Positions 17,640 through 26,075 of a stretch of 52,949 nt of DNA are shown one piece after another. The DNA is from Polyangiaceae bacterium. GTDB lineage: Bacteria > Myxococcota_A > Polyangia > Polyangiales > Polyangiaceae. Under the pieces are notes generated by a model that was not told where the DNA came from, did not search any database, and saw nothing but the letters and a program-made list of their open reading frames with translations. A program made the translations under genes and the position numbers. Numbering within the stretch: the first letter of the stretch is position 1; the number at the start of each line of letters is the position of its first letter. The stretch spans positions 193,508 through 246,456 of the forward strand of contig JAXLYP010000017.1 in NCBI GenBank assembly GCA_046351395.1, given 5' to 3'.

Positions 17640-18190
17640 TCGGGTGAGGGGGTCGACGTCGAGGGCTTGGGCGGTTCGGGCGGGGGCGGCGGTGTGGGCT
17701 CTCGCAGCGAGGGCACCGCGGACGCGCTCGATCCTGGCGTGGGCTGCTCCTTCGTCCCCCCCTTGTCGATCGGCGGGCCCTTCTCCGTCCCGTTCGGATC
17801 CTGTTCGGAGGGCTCGAGGTGCTCCTTCGCGTCACGGACAAAGCCGCTCGTGGGGACGTATTTGTAGGTCGCCTTTTGTCCACAGCCGCTGACGCCGAAC
17901 GTCGTCGCGTCGAGCTCGGTGACGTCGAGCGCCGTGTTGCCGCAGGTGAGGTCGAACGCCGCGCGCTCGCGCAGCGAGACCCAGTCGTCCTTCACGGGGT
18001 CGTGGATGATGACGTCCTTCTTCCCGCAGCCCGTGACGATCCGGATCGGGCCGGCGTGGTTCGTCTCGATGTCGTCCTCCTCGCACTCGAGCGTGTGCCG
18101 AGCCTTCGGCATGATCGATGGCCAGAAGCACGCCCCGATCAGCGTCCCCGAGACCACGGAGAGTGTGACGGCAAGCCTCGATGCGCTCAT
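17636..18190 (-). CDS. hypothetical lipoprotein with duplicated Cys-containing module and Pro-rich tail
   Basis: MSASRLAVTLSVVSGTLIGAC lipobox; internal repeat (LECEEDD...TGCGKKD / DLTCGNT...SGCGQKA). Stop overlaps the PAP2 start (ATGA). Confidence 0.5.
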   Translation of the reverse strand: MSASRLAVTLSVVSGTLIGACFWPSIMPKARHTLECEEDDIETNHAGPIRIVTGCGKKDVIIHDPVKDDWVSLRERAAFDLTCGNTALDVTELDATTFGVSGCGQKATYKYVPTSGFVRDAKEHLEPSEQDPNGTEKGPPIDKGGTKEQPTPGSSASAVPSLREPTPPPPPEPPKPSTSTPSPE

Positions 18191-18280
18191 GAGCTCCGGC
18201 CTCGTCCGAGGGACGTGAAGGTGCGCGGAGGGACCGCGCCGTGAACGAGCGCCCGTGGGGCGTTCATCTCGAAGAGCCAC

Positions 18281-18956
18281 TCACGAGCGCGATCCAAGGA
18301 CCGGACCATCGCCGAGGTCGTCCAAGTGGGAGGTGTCGGCGAGGCGCGTGGGGGTCCAGGCGAGCCCCGCGCTGTCGAGCCGGAATAGACTGGCCACGGG
18401 GCATGGAATGTCCTCCTCCGTGCCCGTGAGACCCTTCACGATCCCGAGGATGGCGACCGCGTGCGTCACGAGAAGGAGTGATCCGTCGTAGGTCGCGGCG
18501 AGGGCACGAGCGGTGAGGGCCGAGCGCGCGAACGCCTCCTCGATCGTCTCGAGCGATGGGGGCACCGAGCGGCGTGTGGCTCCGGTCCACCTCGACCCGC
18601 TCGAGGCGCGCTCGGAGCTCGTCCGCGGACAGCATGTCTCCTAGCCCCGGCCCCCAGTCGGGCCGCTGGAGCTCCGCGAGCCCCGGCTCGAGCGCCACGC
18701 CGCCTCCGATCACGCGCGCGACCTCGGCGGCGGTCTGGACGCAGCGGAGATAGGGGGACGACACGATCCGCGTGATGCCCGACGTCCCGAGGCGTGTCGC
18801 CACGGCTCGGGCCTCCTCGAGGCCGCGCGCGGACAATCCGGGATCGTGGGGCCGCGGGGCGGTGCGCCCCCACTCGAGGTCACTGAAATCGGCGCGGTCA
18901 CCGTGCCGAACCAGCCAAAGCGTTCGGGCGCGGACGGGCTCTGTGGCTGAGGTCAT
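18281..18956 (-). CDS. histidine phosphatase (phosphoglycerate-mutase) family protein with an apparent +1 frameshift in a C5 run near 18561-18565
   Basis: N-terminal frame: TLWLVRHGDRADF (RHG motif) ... HTPLGAP. C-terminal frame: SLETIEEAFARSALTARALAATYDGSLLLVTHAVAILGIV. Removing one C from gcccccatcg gives a continuous HTPLGAPSLETIEE. Confidence 0.6.
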
Positions 18957-18996
18957 CGACGCTCCACGGGCACACAGCGTGCTTGGTTGGTATTCG

Positions 18997-19599
18997 ATGC
19001 ACGTCCTCCGCCATGCGGTGATGGGTGCGAGCATGGCGCTCGCCGGCTGCGCCTCGTCGCCCATGCCCGCGTGGCCCGTGTCGACCCCTGCGGAGCTCTG
19101 TCAGGACCCGACCCTCGGCCCCTCCGACTTCTGCATGCCCGCCGCGCGCATCGAGGTGTGGCTCCGCGAGGGCGACTTTCGGATCACGAACGTGGCGTTC
19201 TCGAGCTCGGGCGTGACGCGCCCCTACAAACTCAGGCTCGAGCTCGCGTCGGGGCTGACCATCAACGCGAAGTTCAAGCGCGCGCCGGACGATCTCGAGG
19301 CGTTCAACAACAGCCCGCGGCGCGAGCTCGCCGCCTATGAGATCCAGAAGCTGTTCTTGGACCCGGACGACTACGTCGTCCCTCCGACGGTGCTCGCCTG
19401 CATCCCGGCGCGCACCGAGCTGATGCCGGAGCTCGAGCCGCACCCGAGGGCGACGTGCGCGATCGGCGTACTCGCGTATTGGGTGGAGGGCCTCACGGAC
19501 CAGGGGGTCGTCGACCCCGCGCGGTGGGCGGCGGACGCGGGGTACCGCGACGTACCCGTTCACCCGTCGGACGGGATCAGCGTGGGGACTTCCAGTTGA
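18997..19599 (+). CDS. lipoprotein, N-terminal portion of a kinase-like protein interrupted by an IS66 remnant
   Basis: Lipobox MGASMALAGC; ...YKLRLELASGLTINAKFKRAPDD...ELAAYEIQKLF... resembles an N-lobe. Same reading frame as 21043..21549. Confidence 0.5.
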   Translation: MHVLRHAVMGASMALAGCASSPMPAWPVSTPAELCQDPTLGPSDFCMPAARIEVWLREGDFRITNVAFSSSGVTRPYKLRLELASGLTINAKFKRAPDDLEAFNNSPRRELAAYEIQKLFLDPDDYVVPPTVLACIPARTELMPELEPHPRATCAIGVLAYWVEGLTDQGVVDPARWAADAGYRDVPVHPSDGISVGTSS

Positions 19600-19669
19600 G
19601 CTGGGTCGCAAGCTGCAAGGAGGAAGCCGAGGATCGACCTTCGCTGGAGGCGAAGCGAATGGATCACGG

Positions 19670-20990
19670 TCATGACTCGCTGGGCGAACAGGCATCCTCG
19701 CTCGCTCTGGGAGCCGTAAGAGACCTTGCGCCAAAGCACGAACGGCGCAGCGCGCGCTCGGCATGATTATCAGGGATCCACTTCAGGCTCGAAGGCGAAC
19801 GTGAGGAGGGCGGCCTTGTGTTCGAGTATGTCGAGGCAGGAGCCGGAGACGCCGCGCAGGCGCAGCCCCGCGCCGCGTTCGAGGAGTCCCTCGAACGCCA
19901 TCTGCGCTGGTCGCCATCCTCTGGTACTTGGCGCGTGAGGGTGCCGTCCCGCACCTTGTGCCAGGCGGCAGCACAAGGTGAGAGAGCAGAGAAGGTCCTC
20001 CCCGAGTTGGCGTCCCGCGTCCTTGCGTTCGGAGAAGGCGACGAACTTCCTGATGAGGTGCGCCCAGCAGATCTGCCGCCGCCCTGATGGCCCAGAAGCC
20101 GAACTGCGAGCCTCGGTCCGTCACCAAGGATCCCGGAGAGGGCCCATGAGCGCGGCGATTGTCCGCGACAAGCATCGGCGGTGACGAAGAACACAGCGAC
20201 GGACCGCGTTGCGATCGTCCAGAGCGCGGCATACAGGCCGGCGACTCGCCAGGTGCTTCCGTCCACGTGCTTCACGGGGTGCGCGCGGACGTAGCAGGCC
20301 GCGGCATCCACCGGGGCAGCGATAGCGTCGTTGATCCGCTCCTCGGCCTCGCTGAGGGCGCCGAGCGAGACTGGGATGCCGAAGATCTCGGAGAGGTACT
20401 CCCGGCAACTGTCGCGCCACTGTCCGCGCGCCGAGGAACAGCCGATGAACGCGAGCAGCCGGGGACCGAACATGTGGCTCGGGACGCTGCCGGCAGACTC
20501 GCCCACGTCGTCTTCCCGCAGTCCTTGCAACAGGCCCCGCCCATGACGATCTCGTGAACGTCCGGCTTGATCCTTCGGGGATGTCGACGACCTGATGCAG
20601 GCGCGGGTCGATCCCCTCCGCCGCGAGATTCCGTCCGCCGCATCCTCGACATCTCTTCGGCGCCAGCTTCGTCCGACGGGTCACCTTCTCGGGCGGGAAC
20701 AGCACGCGGGTGTTCGGCTTGTGTCCGGGCTGGCCGCCGCGACTTCGACCGGTCGGCTTCTTCTCGGGTCGAGTCCCAGGTAGATCGGTCGACGGAGGCT
20801 TGCCCGACTCCTCGAGTTCTGCCCCAGCTGCTGCTCGAGGTCGGCGACTCGCACCTTGAGCTGCGCGATCTCCGCGTCCTGCCCGCGATGATCGGTGTCG
20901 CGCTCCGCGACCATGGCAAGCAGCGCCGCGACCTGGGCTTCCAACTTCGCCAGACGCTTGCCGACCGAGGTCACCGACCCACTCGATCAT
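19670..20990 (-). mobile_element. IS66-family transposase (TnpC-like) remnant, frameshifted and truncated
   Basis: Three frames carry successive TnpC segments: leucine zipper (LAKLEAQVAALLAMVAE), GGQPGHKPNTR...CRGCGG...RLHQVVDIPE, and ...YVRAHPVKHVDGSTWRV. No tnpA/tnpB and no intact IRs. Flanked at 21021-21046 by an AT-rich repeat gtatgatcacatatgatcatgtatgg. Confidence 0.6.
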
Positions 20991-21042
20991 GCGGCGATCC
21001 TCGTGTCGATCCCCGATCGCGTATGATCACATATGATCATGT

Positions 21043-21549
21043 ATGGCTGCTCGACCCGGTGAACGGGTACACCGCGACAACCTCGGGAACTTGAACGTGC
21101 TGACGGCGCTCATCGGTCACCAAGACGACATTGGAGTGAACTTCTACCGGTCGAAGGACGCGGCGCGCCCGCGGCTATTGTCTGTCGACAATGGGCTCGC
21201 GTTCGGCGCGATGGGAGACAATCCCATTCGGTTCTTCAGCAGCGCATGGAGCGACGTGCGAGTCCCGCTCCTGCCTTCGAAGACGGTGGACAGGCTCGGC
21301 TCGGTCGACCGGGCGCGCCTCGAGCCCCTCGGCGTGGTCGCGCAGATGCGCCTCGAGGGCGGCGCGTTCCATCCCATCCCACGGACGCCGACGCTCGATC
21401 CGAACCAGGCCGTGCGCTGGAACGGGGACGACGTCCAGCTCGGGCTCACCGCCGAGGAGATCACGGACGTCGATGTCCGGCTGGCACGGCTCCTCGGCGC
21501 GATCGACTCCGAGGAGGTCCAGCGCGGTCGTCCCCGCGAATCGAAGTGA
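21043..21549 (+). CDS. C-terminal kinase-like fragment (continuation of 18997..19599)
   Basis: NVLTALIGHQDDIGVNFYRS (HxDxxxxN) and LLSVDNGLAFG (DxG), homologous to the same motifs in 11962..13779. High GC3. Confidence 0.5.
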   Translation: MAARPGERVHRDNLGNLNVLTALIGHQDDIGVNFYRSKDAARPRLLSVDNGLAFGAMGDNPIRFFSSAWSDVRVPLLPSKTVDRLGSVDRARLEPLGVVAQMRLEGGAFHPIPRTPTLDPNQAVRWNGDDVQLGLTAEEITDVDVRLARLLGAIDSEEVQRGRPRESK

Positions 21550-21719
21550 TCGCTCGCTTCGAGGGGAGATCGCTGCCGACGATCGACGTCGCCGAGGAGG
21601 GCGGTGCGCTCGCCACCTCGGCGTGGGTCGAAAGTGCCTCGACTTGGCACCCAAATGCCACATCGAGCCGCCCTGCGAGCCCTCCTCGGGCTGGTGCGCG
21701 AATCGCATGAGCACCAAGG

Positions 21720-23159
21720 ATGAGCAACGCGCCGCGACGATCGTCGAGTCCACCCGATCCCAAAGAGGTCGCCCGGCGCTCCCTCGTCGAACGAGCGCTC
21801 GGGGTGATCACCGAGGTGAGGGCAGGCGAGGGGGGGACCGCACTCCTCATGACGCTCAATGTCTTTCTGCTGCTCACCGCATACTATCTCATCAAGCCGG
21901 TCCGTGAGGGCCTCATCGGGAGCGTGAAGCACGGCCCCGAGTACAAGAGCTACATGGGGGGCGCGGTCGCGCTCGCGCTCTTCGCCATCGTCCCGCTCTA
22001 CGGGATGCTCGCCGCGAGGCTGAAGCGGAACGTGCTCATCTCGAGCGTCTCGCTCTTCTTCGTCGCGAACCTCGTCGGCTTCTGGATGCTCGGCCGCCTC
22101 CCCTGGGTCGCGACCGAGACGGGGGCGACGGTCTATGCGCTCGCGTTCCTCCTCTGGGTGGGCGTGTTCAACCTCATGATCGTCGCGCAGTTCTGGGCGT
22201 TCGCCGCCGACGTGTACACCGACGAGCAGGGGAAGCGGTTGTTCGCGCTCATCGGTCTGGGCGCGTCCGTCGGCGCGGTGATGGGGAGCCTGGTCATGAA
22301 CCGCGTCGTGACCGAGCTCGGCACGGAGCACATGATGCTCGTCGCCGCCGTGACGCTCGCGCTCGCGACGGCGGTGACGCTGCTCATCCATCGGCGCGAG
22401 TCCCGGCGGCCGCGGGCGCCGGACCCGGAGAAGGAGCGGAAACAGCGCGAGGAGAAGGAGGCGAAGCAGAGCAGTCAGGGCGCGTTCTCGCTCGTGCTCC
22501 ACGACCGGTATTTGCTGCTCATCGCGGCGTTCACCGTGCTCTTCCAGATCGTGAACACCAATGGCGAGTTCATCCTCTCGAGCCTCGTGGCGGACGCGTC
22601 GCGCGCCGTGACCGAGACGCGAGAGGAGCAGAAGGCGTGGATCGCCTCGTACTACGGGAGCTTCTTTCTCTGGGTGAACATCGCGGGCGTGGCGATCCAG
22701 ACGTTCCTCGTCTCGCGGATCGTGAAGTGGGGCGGGCTCAAGGTCGGCCTCCTCATCTTCCCCGTCGTCGCGCTCATCAGCGAGGCGGCCATCGCGGTCG
22801 TCCCGGTGCTCCTCCTCGTTCGGATCGGCAAGACGGCGGAGAACTCGCTCGACTATTCGCTCAACAACACGCTCCGCAACGCCCTCTGGCTCCCCACGAC
22901 GACGCGCGCGAAGTACGTCGCGAAGCAGGCGATCGACAGCTTCGTGTCGCGCGTGGGCGACATGGGGTCGGCGCTCGCGATCTTCATCCTCATCGACGCG
23001 CTCCACTTGACCGTGCGAGCGGTCGCGACGCTCAACGCGTGCCTCGTCCTCGCTTGGATCTACGTGTCGATCGAGATCGTCCGCGAGAACGGCAAGCTCA
23101 CCGAGGACGCGAAGGGCAAAGCGCTTTCACGGCTGGAGGCGGCGGGGGCGAGCGCGTGA
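21720..23159 (+). CDS. TLC/Npt-family nucleotide transporter (ATP/ADP-translocase family)
   Basis: ALLMTLNVFLLLTAYYLIKPVREGLIG... 12-TM-type profile; paralog of the N-terminal domain of 7693..10515. Confidence 0.75.
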   Translation: MSNAPRRSSSPPDPKEVARRSLVERALGVITEVRAGEGGTALLMTLNVFLLLTAYYLIKPVREGLIGSVKHGPEYKSYMGGAVALALFAIVPLYGMLAARLKRNVLISSVSLFFVANLVGFWMLGRLPWVATETGATVYALAFLLWVGVFNLMIVAQFWAFAADVYTDEQGKRLFALIGLGASVGAVMGSLVMNRVVTELGTEHMMLVAAVTLALATAVTLLIHRRESRRPRAPDPEKERKQREEKEAKQSSQGAFSLVLHDRYLLLIAAFTVLFQIVNTNGEFILSSLVADASRAVTETREEQKAWIASYYGSFFLWVNIAGVAIQTFLVSRIVKWGGLKVGLLIFPVVALISEAAIAVVPVLLLVRIGKTAENSLDYSLNNTLRNALWLPTTTRAKYVAKQAIDSFVSRVGDMGSALAIFILIDALHLTVRAVATLNACLVLAWIYVSIEIVRENGKLTEDAKGKALSRLEAAGASA

Positions 23160-24616
23160 GGACACCGGGGGCGAGCCTCACCCTCGTCCTCGTGTGCGCG
23201 CTCGCGGGCAGGTCCGCGACGGCGCGCGCGGACGGCGCGAGCCCCCCCGCGCCGCCGCCGCACCCGTCGACGCTCCCAGAGGACGCGCGCCGCGCCCCGG
23301 GGGAGAAGCGCCCGCTGCAAGAGTACGAGGGGCGCCCGCGCGAGACCACGACCGCGGAGGACGCCCTCTGGGTCCCACGCGTCCTCCTGTTCCCCGCGTA
23401 CCTCGTCTCGGAGTTCGTGGTTCGGAGGCCGCTCGGCGCGATCGACACCGCGCTCGAGACGGGCTCGACGGGCGGCCGGCTCATCGACGTGTTCACGTTC
23501 GGACCGCGCCACAACGCCGGTTTGGTCCCGACCGCGTTCTACGACTTCGGGTTCCGTCCGAGCGCGGGGCTCTACCTCTTCTACGACGACTTCCTCGCGA
23601 CAGACAATCAGCTCCGCGCGGCGTTCGCGACCGGCGGAGAGCGGTATTTCAGGGCGCGGGTGGTGGACCGAATCCCCCTTCACGTCGTCCGGGGCGAGGA
23701 CGGCGAGCACGAGGTCAGGGCGAACCTCCAGCTCGAGCTCGCTGGGCTCGCGCGGCCCGACCATCGGTTCTACGGCCTCGGCTTCGGATCGAAGAGCGCG
23801 CACGGATCGGAGTTCGAACAGAGATCGGTCGGGGGAGGAGTCCGCTTCCGCGCGGAGCCCTGGAGGTGGTCCTTCCTCGAGTCTTGGGTGCTCTATCGGC
23901 ACCACGACTTCTCGGATGGGGGGTGCGACGCACGCCCGTCGGACTGTGATCACCCGCCGATCTCATGGGCCATCGAGAGGGGCTGGTACGCGGCGCCAGT
24001 GGGCTTCGACGGATACCAGACAATCAAAGTCGGCGCGCGAGCGGTGGTGGACACGCGCCCGGATCGACCCGCGCCGGGATCGGGCGCGGGCTCGGAGATC
24101 CGCTTGGAGCTGACGAACGACACGCGCGGCGGGGAGTGGGCGGAGGGGGGCGCCACCGTGGGCGGCTTCCTCGATCTCACCGGGACGCGGAGGGTCCTCG
24201 AGCTGACGCTCGACGTGCGCGCCCTCGAGCCGCTCTCGTCGGGAACGGCGATCCCGTTCACCGAGCTCGTCGGCGCGGCCCGCATGGATGGAATCCTCGA
24301 GGACGGCGTGCTGCGCGGGTTCATCGCGGGTCGCCTGCTCGGAGAGAGCTCCGTGGTGGCCTCGCTCGGGTATTCGTGGCCCATCTGGGCCTGGGTCGAC
24401 GCCACTCTGCAAGCCCAAGTCGGCAACGTGTTCGCGCACCGGCTCGCCGATTTCGCGCCGGAGCGGCTGCGGTTCTCGTTCGTCGGCGGCTTTCGATCAC
24501 CGAATCACCGGGACCACGCGCTCAACGTGCTGCTGGGGTTCGGGACCGAGCCGTTCGCCGACGGCGGCTCGCCGGAGAGCCTGCGGTTCCTCATCGGGGG
24601 CACGACCGGGTTCTAA
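23156..24616 (+). CDS. secreted beta-barrel-like protein with C-terminal Phe (paralog of 10517..11965)
   Basis: GTG start overlapping the transporter stop (GTGA); signal peptide; C-terminus ...LRFSFVGGFRSPNHRDHALNVLLGFGTEPFADGGSPESLRFLIGGTTGF*. Confidence 0.7.
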   Translation: MRTPGASLTLVLVCALAGRSATARADGASPPAPPPHPSTLPEDARRAPGEKRPLQEYEGRPRETTTAEDALWVPRVLLFPAYLVSEFVVRRPLGAIDTALETGSTGGRLIDVFTFGPRHNAGLVPTAFYDFGFRPSAGLYLFYDDFLATDNQLRAAFATGGERYFRARVVDRIPLHVVRGEDGEHEVRANLQLELAGLARPDHRFYGLGFGSKSAHGSEFEQRSVGGGVRFRAEPWRWSFLESWVLYRHHDFSDGGCDARPSDCDHPPISWAIERGWYAAPVGFDGYQTIKVGARAVVDTRPDRPAPGSGAGSEIRLELTNDTRGGEWAEGGATVGGFLDLTGTRRVLELTLDVRALEPLSSGTAIPFTELVGAARMDGILEDGVLRGFIAGRLLGESSVVASLGYSWPIWAWVDATLQAQVGNVFAHRLADFAPERLRFSFVGGFRSPNHRDHALNVLLGFGTEPFADGGSPESLRFLIGGTTGF

Positions 24617-24650
24617 CGACGAGGGCGCCGGGGTACTCTCCGCGGTCACG

Positions 24651-26060
24651 CCGATGACCGAAGCGCTACCCGACGACGCCGAGATCTTGGGAACGCTCGA
24701 TGAACTCATCGAGCGCCTTTCGAAGAGCAAGCGCGGCGCTGATCTCCGGAACGCGCTGCACGACGCGAAGCGCTTGAGGAGCGCGACGCTCAAGTGGGGC
24801 ATCATCCCGCCTCCGCCCGATGCGCGGCGCGAGCTGCTCGACCGCGTCGCGCAGCTCCTCGCGCTCGCGGCGGGTGCCCAGGCGGACGGGGACGACGGTG
24901 AGCGTCCGCCGGAGTCGGCGCGGTCGCGGTCTTCGAGGAAGGCGCGCGGCGCGGCCCTCGAGGAGAAGCCCGCGCGTGGCGCAGCGTCGCTCGGTTCGCG
25001 CATCCACGACGAGGCGACGAAGCCCGAGGGGCGGTTTCCGAGCATCCACGACGAGGAGACCGCGCCCCTCCCGAGCAGGCCGCCCACCGCGGCGGAGCGC
25101 CGACGAGGCAAGGCGCGCGCGGAGGGCGCGTATGCGAAGTCGGTGCACGACGAGGACACCGCGCCCGGGCCCGAGGTTCGTGCGGCGCAAGCGGTGGAGG
25201 CGCGCGTGATTCGCCGGCCCGAGATCGCCGACGAGGAGACGGTCCGCGAGGGCTATCGCAAGGCCGCTCCACCGAAGTCGTCTCCCACACCGGTGGCCGC
25301 GCCGCCGTCGAAGGCGCCGTCCGCGCCTCCGCCGAAGGCGCCCTCCCCGACGCCACCGAAGGTGCCGTCTGCGCCTCCGCCGAAGGCGCCCTCCGCACCG
25401 CCGCCGAAGTCGCCGTCCGCGCCCCCTGCACCGCACCCCAAGCTCCAGCGGACGCAGAGCGGCGCGGTCGCGCTCGCGCCGCTCCAGGACCTCGACCTCA
25501 GCGACCTCGAGCTCTTCGCGGCGCCGCCGAGCAAGAGCTCGCTCTCGGCGAGCCCGCAGCTACCGCCGATCGTCATGCCCGCATTGTCCGACGGGGGCGC
25601 CGCGCCCAAGTCGAAGATCGAGGGGTTCAGCACGTCGGTCTCCACGCCCAAGATGGCCGCGGTGCGGCCGCCCCCGTCCAAGCCGACCGAGCCGCTGCCC
25701 GCCGTGAAGGAGGCTTCGGGCGTCACCATCGTGCGCGGGAATGCGTCGGCGTGGCGGCCGCTCCCCGCCGCTCCCGCGGTGCTCGTGCGCACCGTCCAGT
25801 CGACGGCGACGGGCGTGATCGCGCTCGTCAAGCTGCCCGTCTCGGCGCGTGTCCCCTCGAAGCGAGTGGACGGCGAGGTGCAGCTCTTCGTGTTGATTGG
25901 AGGCATCACGCTCGGTCCGCACGAGCTCGCCGCGGGCGACGCGTGTCGCCTCGAGAAGGGCTCGACGCGACAAGCGATCACGACGACGGGCCCCGCGACG
26001 ATCCTCTACGTGGGCCCGAGCCTCGGCGGCGACACGACCGATCCACAGGCCGACGTCTGA
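24651..26060 (+). CDS. hypothetical protein with three IHDE-type repeats, a (PPKAPSA)n linker and a beta-rich C-terminal domain
   Basis: RIHDEATKPEG / SIHDEETAPLP / SVHDEDTAPGP; PPSKAPSAPPPKAPSPTPPKVPSAPPPKAPSAPPPKSPSAPP. Confidence 0.5.
   Translation, partial: PMTEALPDDAEILGTLDELIERLSKSKRGADLRNALHDAKRLRSATLKWGIIPPPPDARRELLDRVAQLLALAAGAQADGDDGERPPESARSRSSRKARGAALEEKPARGAASLGSRIHDEATKPEGRFPSIHDEETAPLPSRPPTAAERRRGKARAEGAYAKSVHDEDTAPGPEVRAAQAVEARVIRRPEIADEETVREGYRKAAPPKSSPTPVAAPPSKAPSAPPPKAPSPTPPKVPSAPPPKAPSAPPPKSPSAPPAPHPKLQRTQSGAVALAPLQDLDLSDLELFAAPPSKSSLSASPQLPPIVMPALSDGGAAPKSKIEGFSTSVSTPKMAAVRPPPSKPTEPLPAVKEASGVTIVRGNASAWRPLPAAPAVLVRTVQSTATGVIALVKLPVSARVPSKRVDGEVQLFVLIGGITLGPHELAAGDACRLEKGSTRQAITTTGPATILYVGPSLGGDTTDPQADV
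25299..25426 (+). repeat. imperfect 24-bp tandem repeat (about 5 copies) encoding PPKAPSAP
   Basis: ccgccgaaggcgcc(g/c)tccgc(g/a)cc(t/g) units visible directly. Confidence 0.6.
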
Positions 26061-26075
26061 GCGCGGAGGGAACGG

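Noticed and set aside
21144-23953. ORFs 21144..23006(-) and 23060..23953(-), antisense to TLC-2 and barrel-2
   Set aside because: Charged low-complexity translations; the sense-strand genes have transporter and signal-peptide features.
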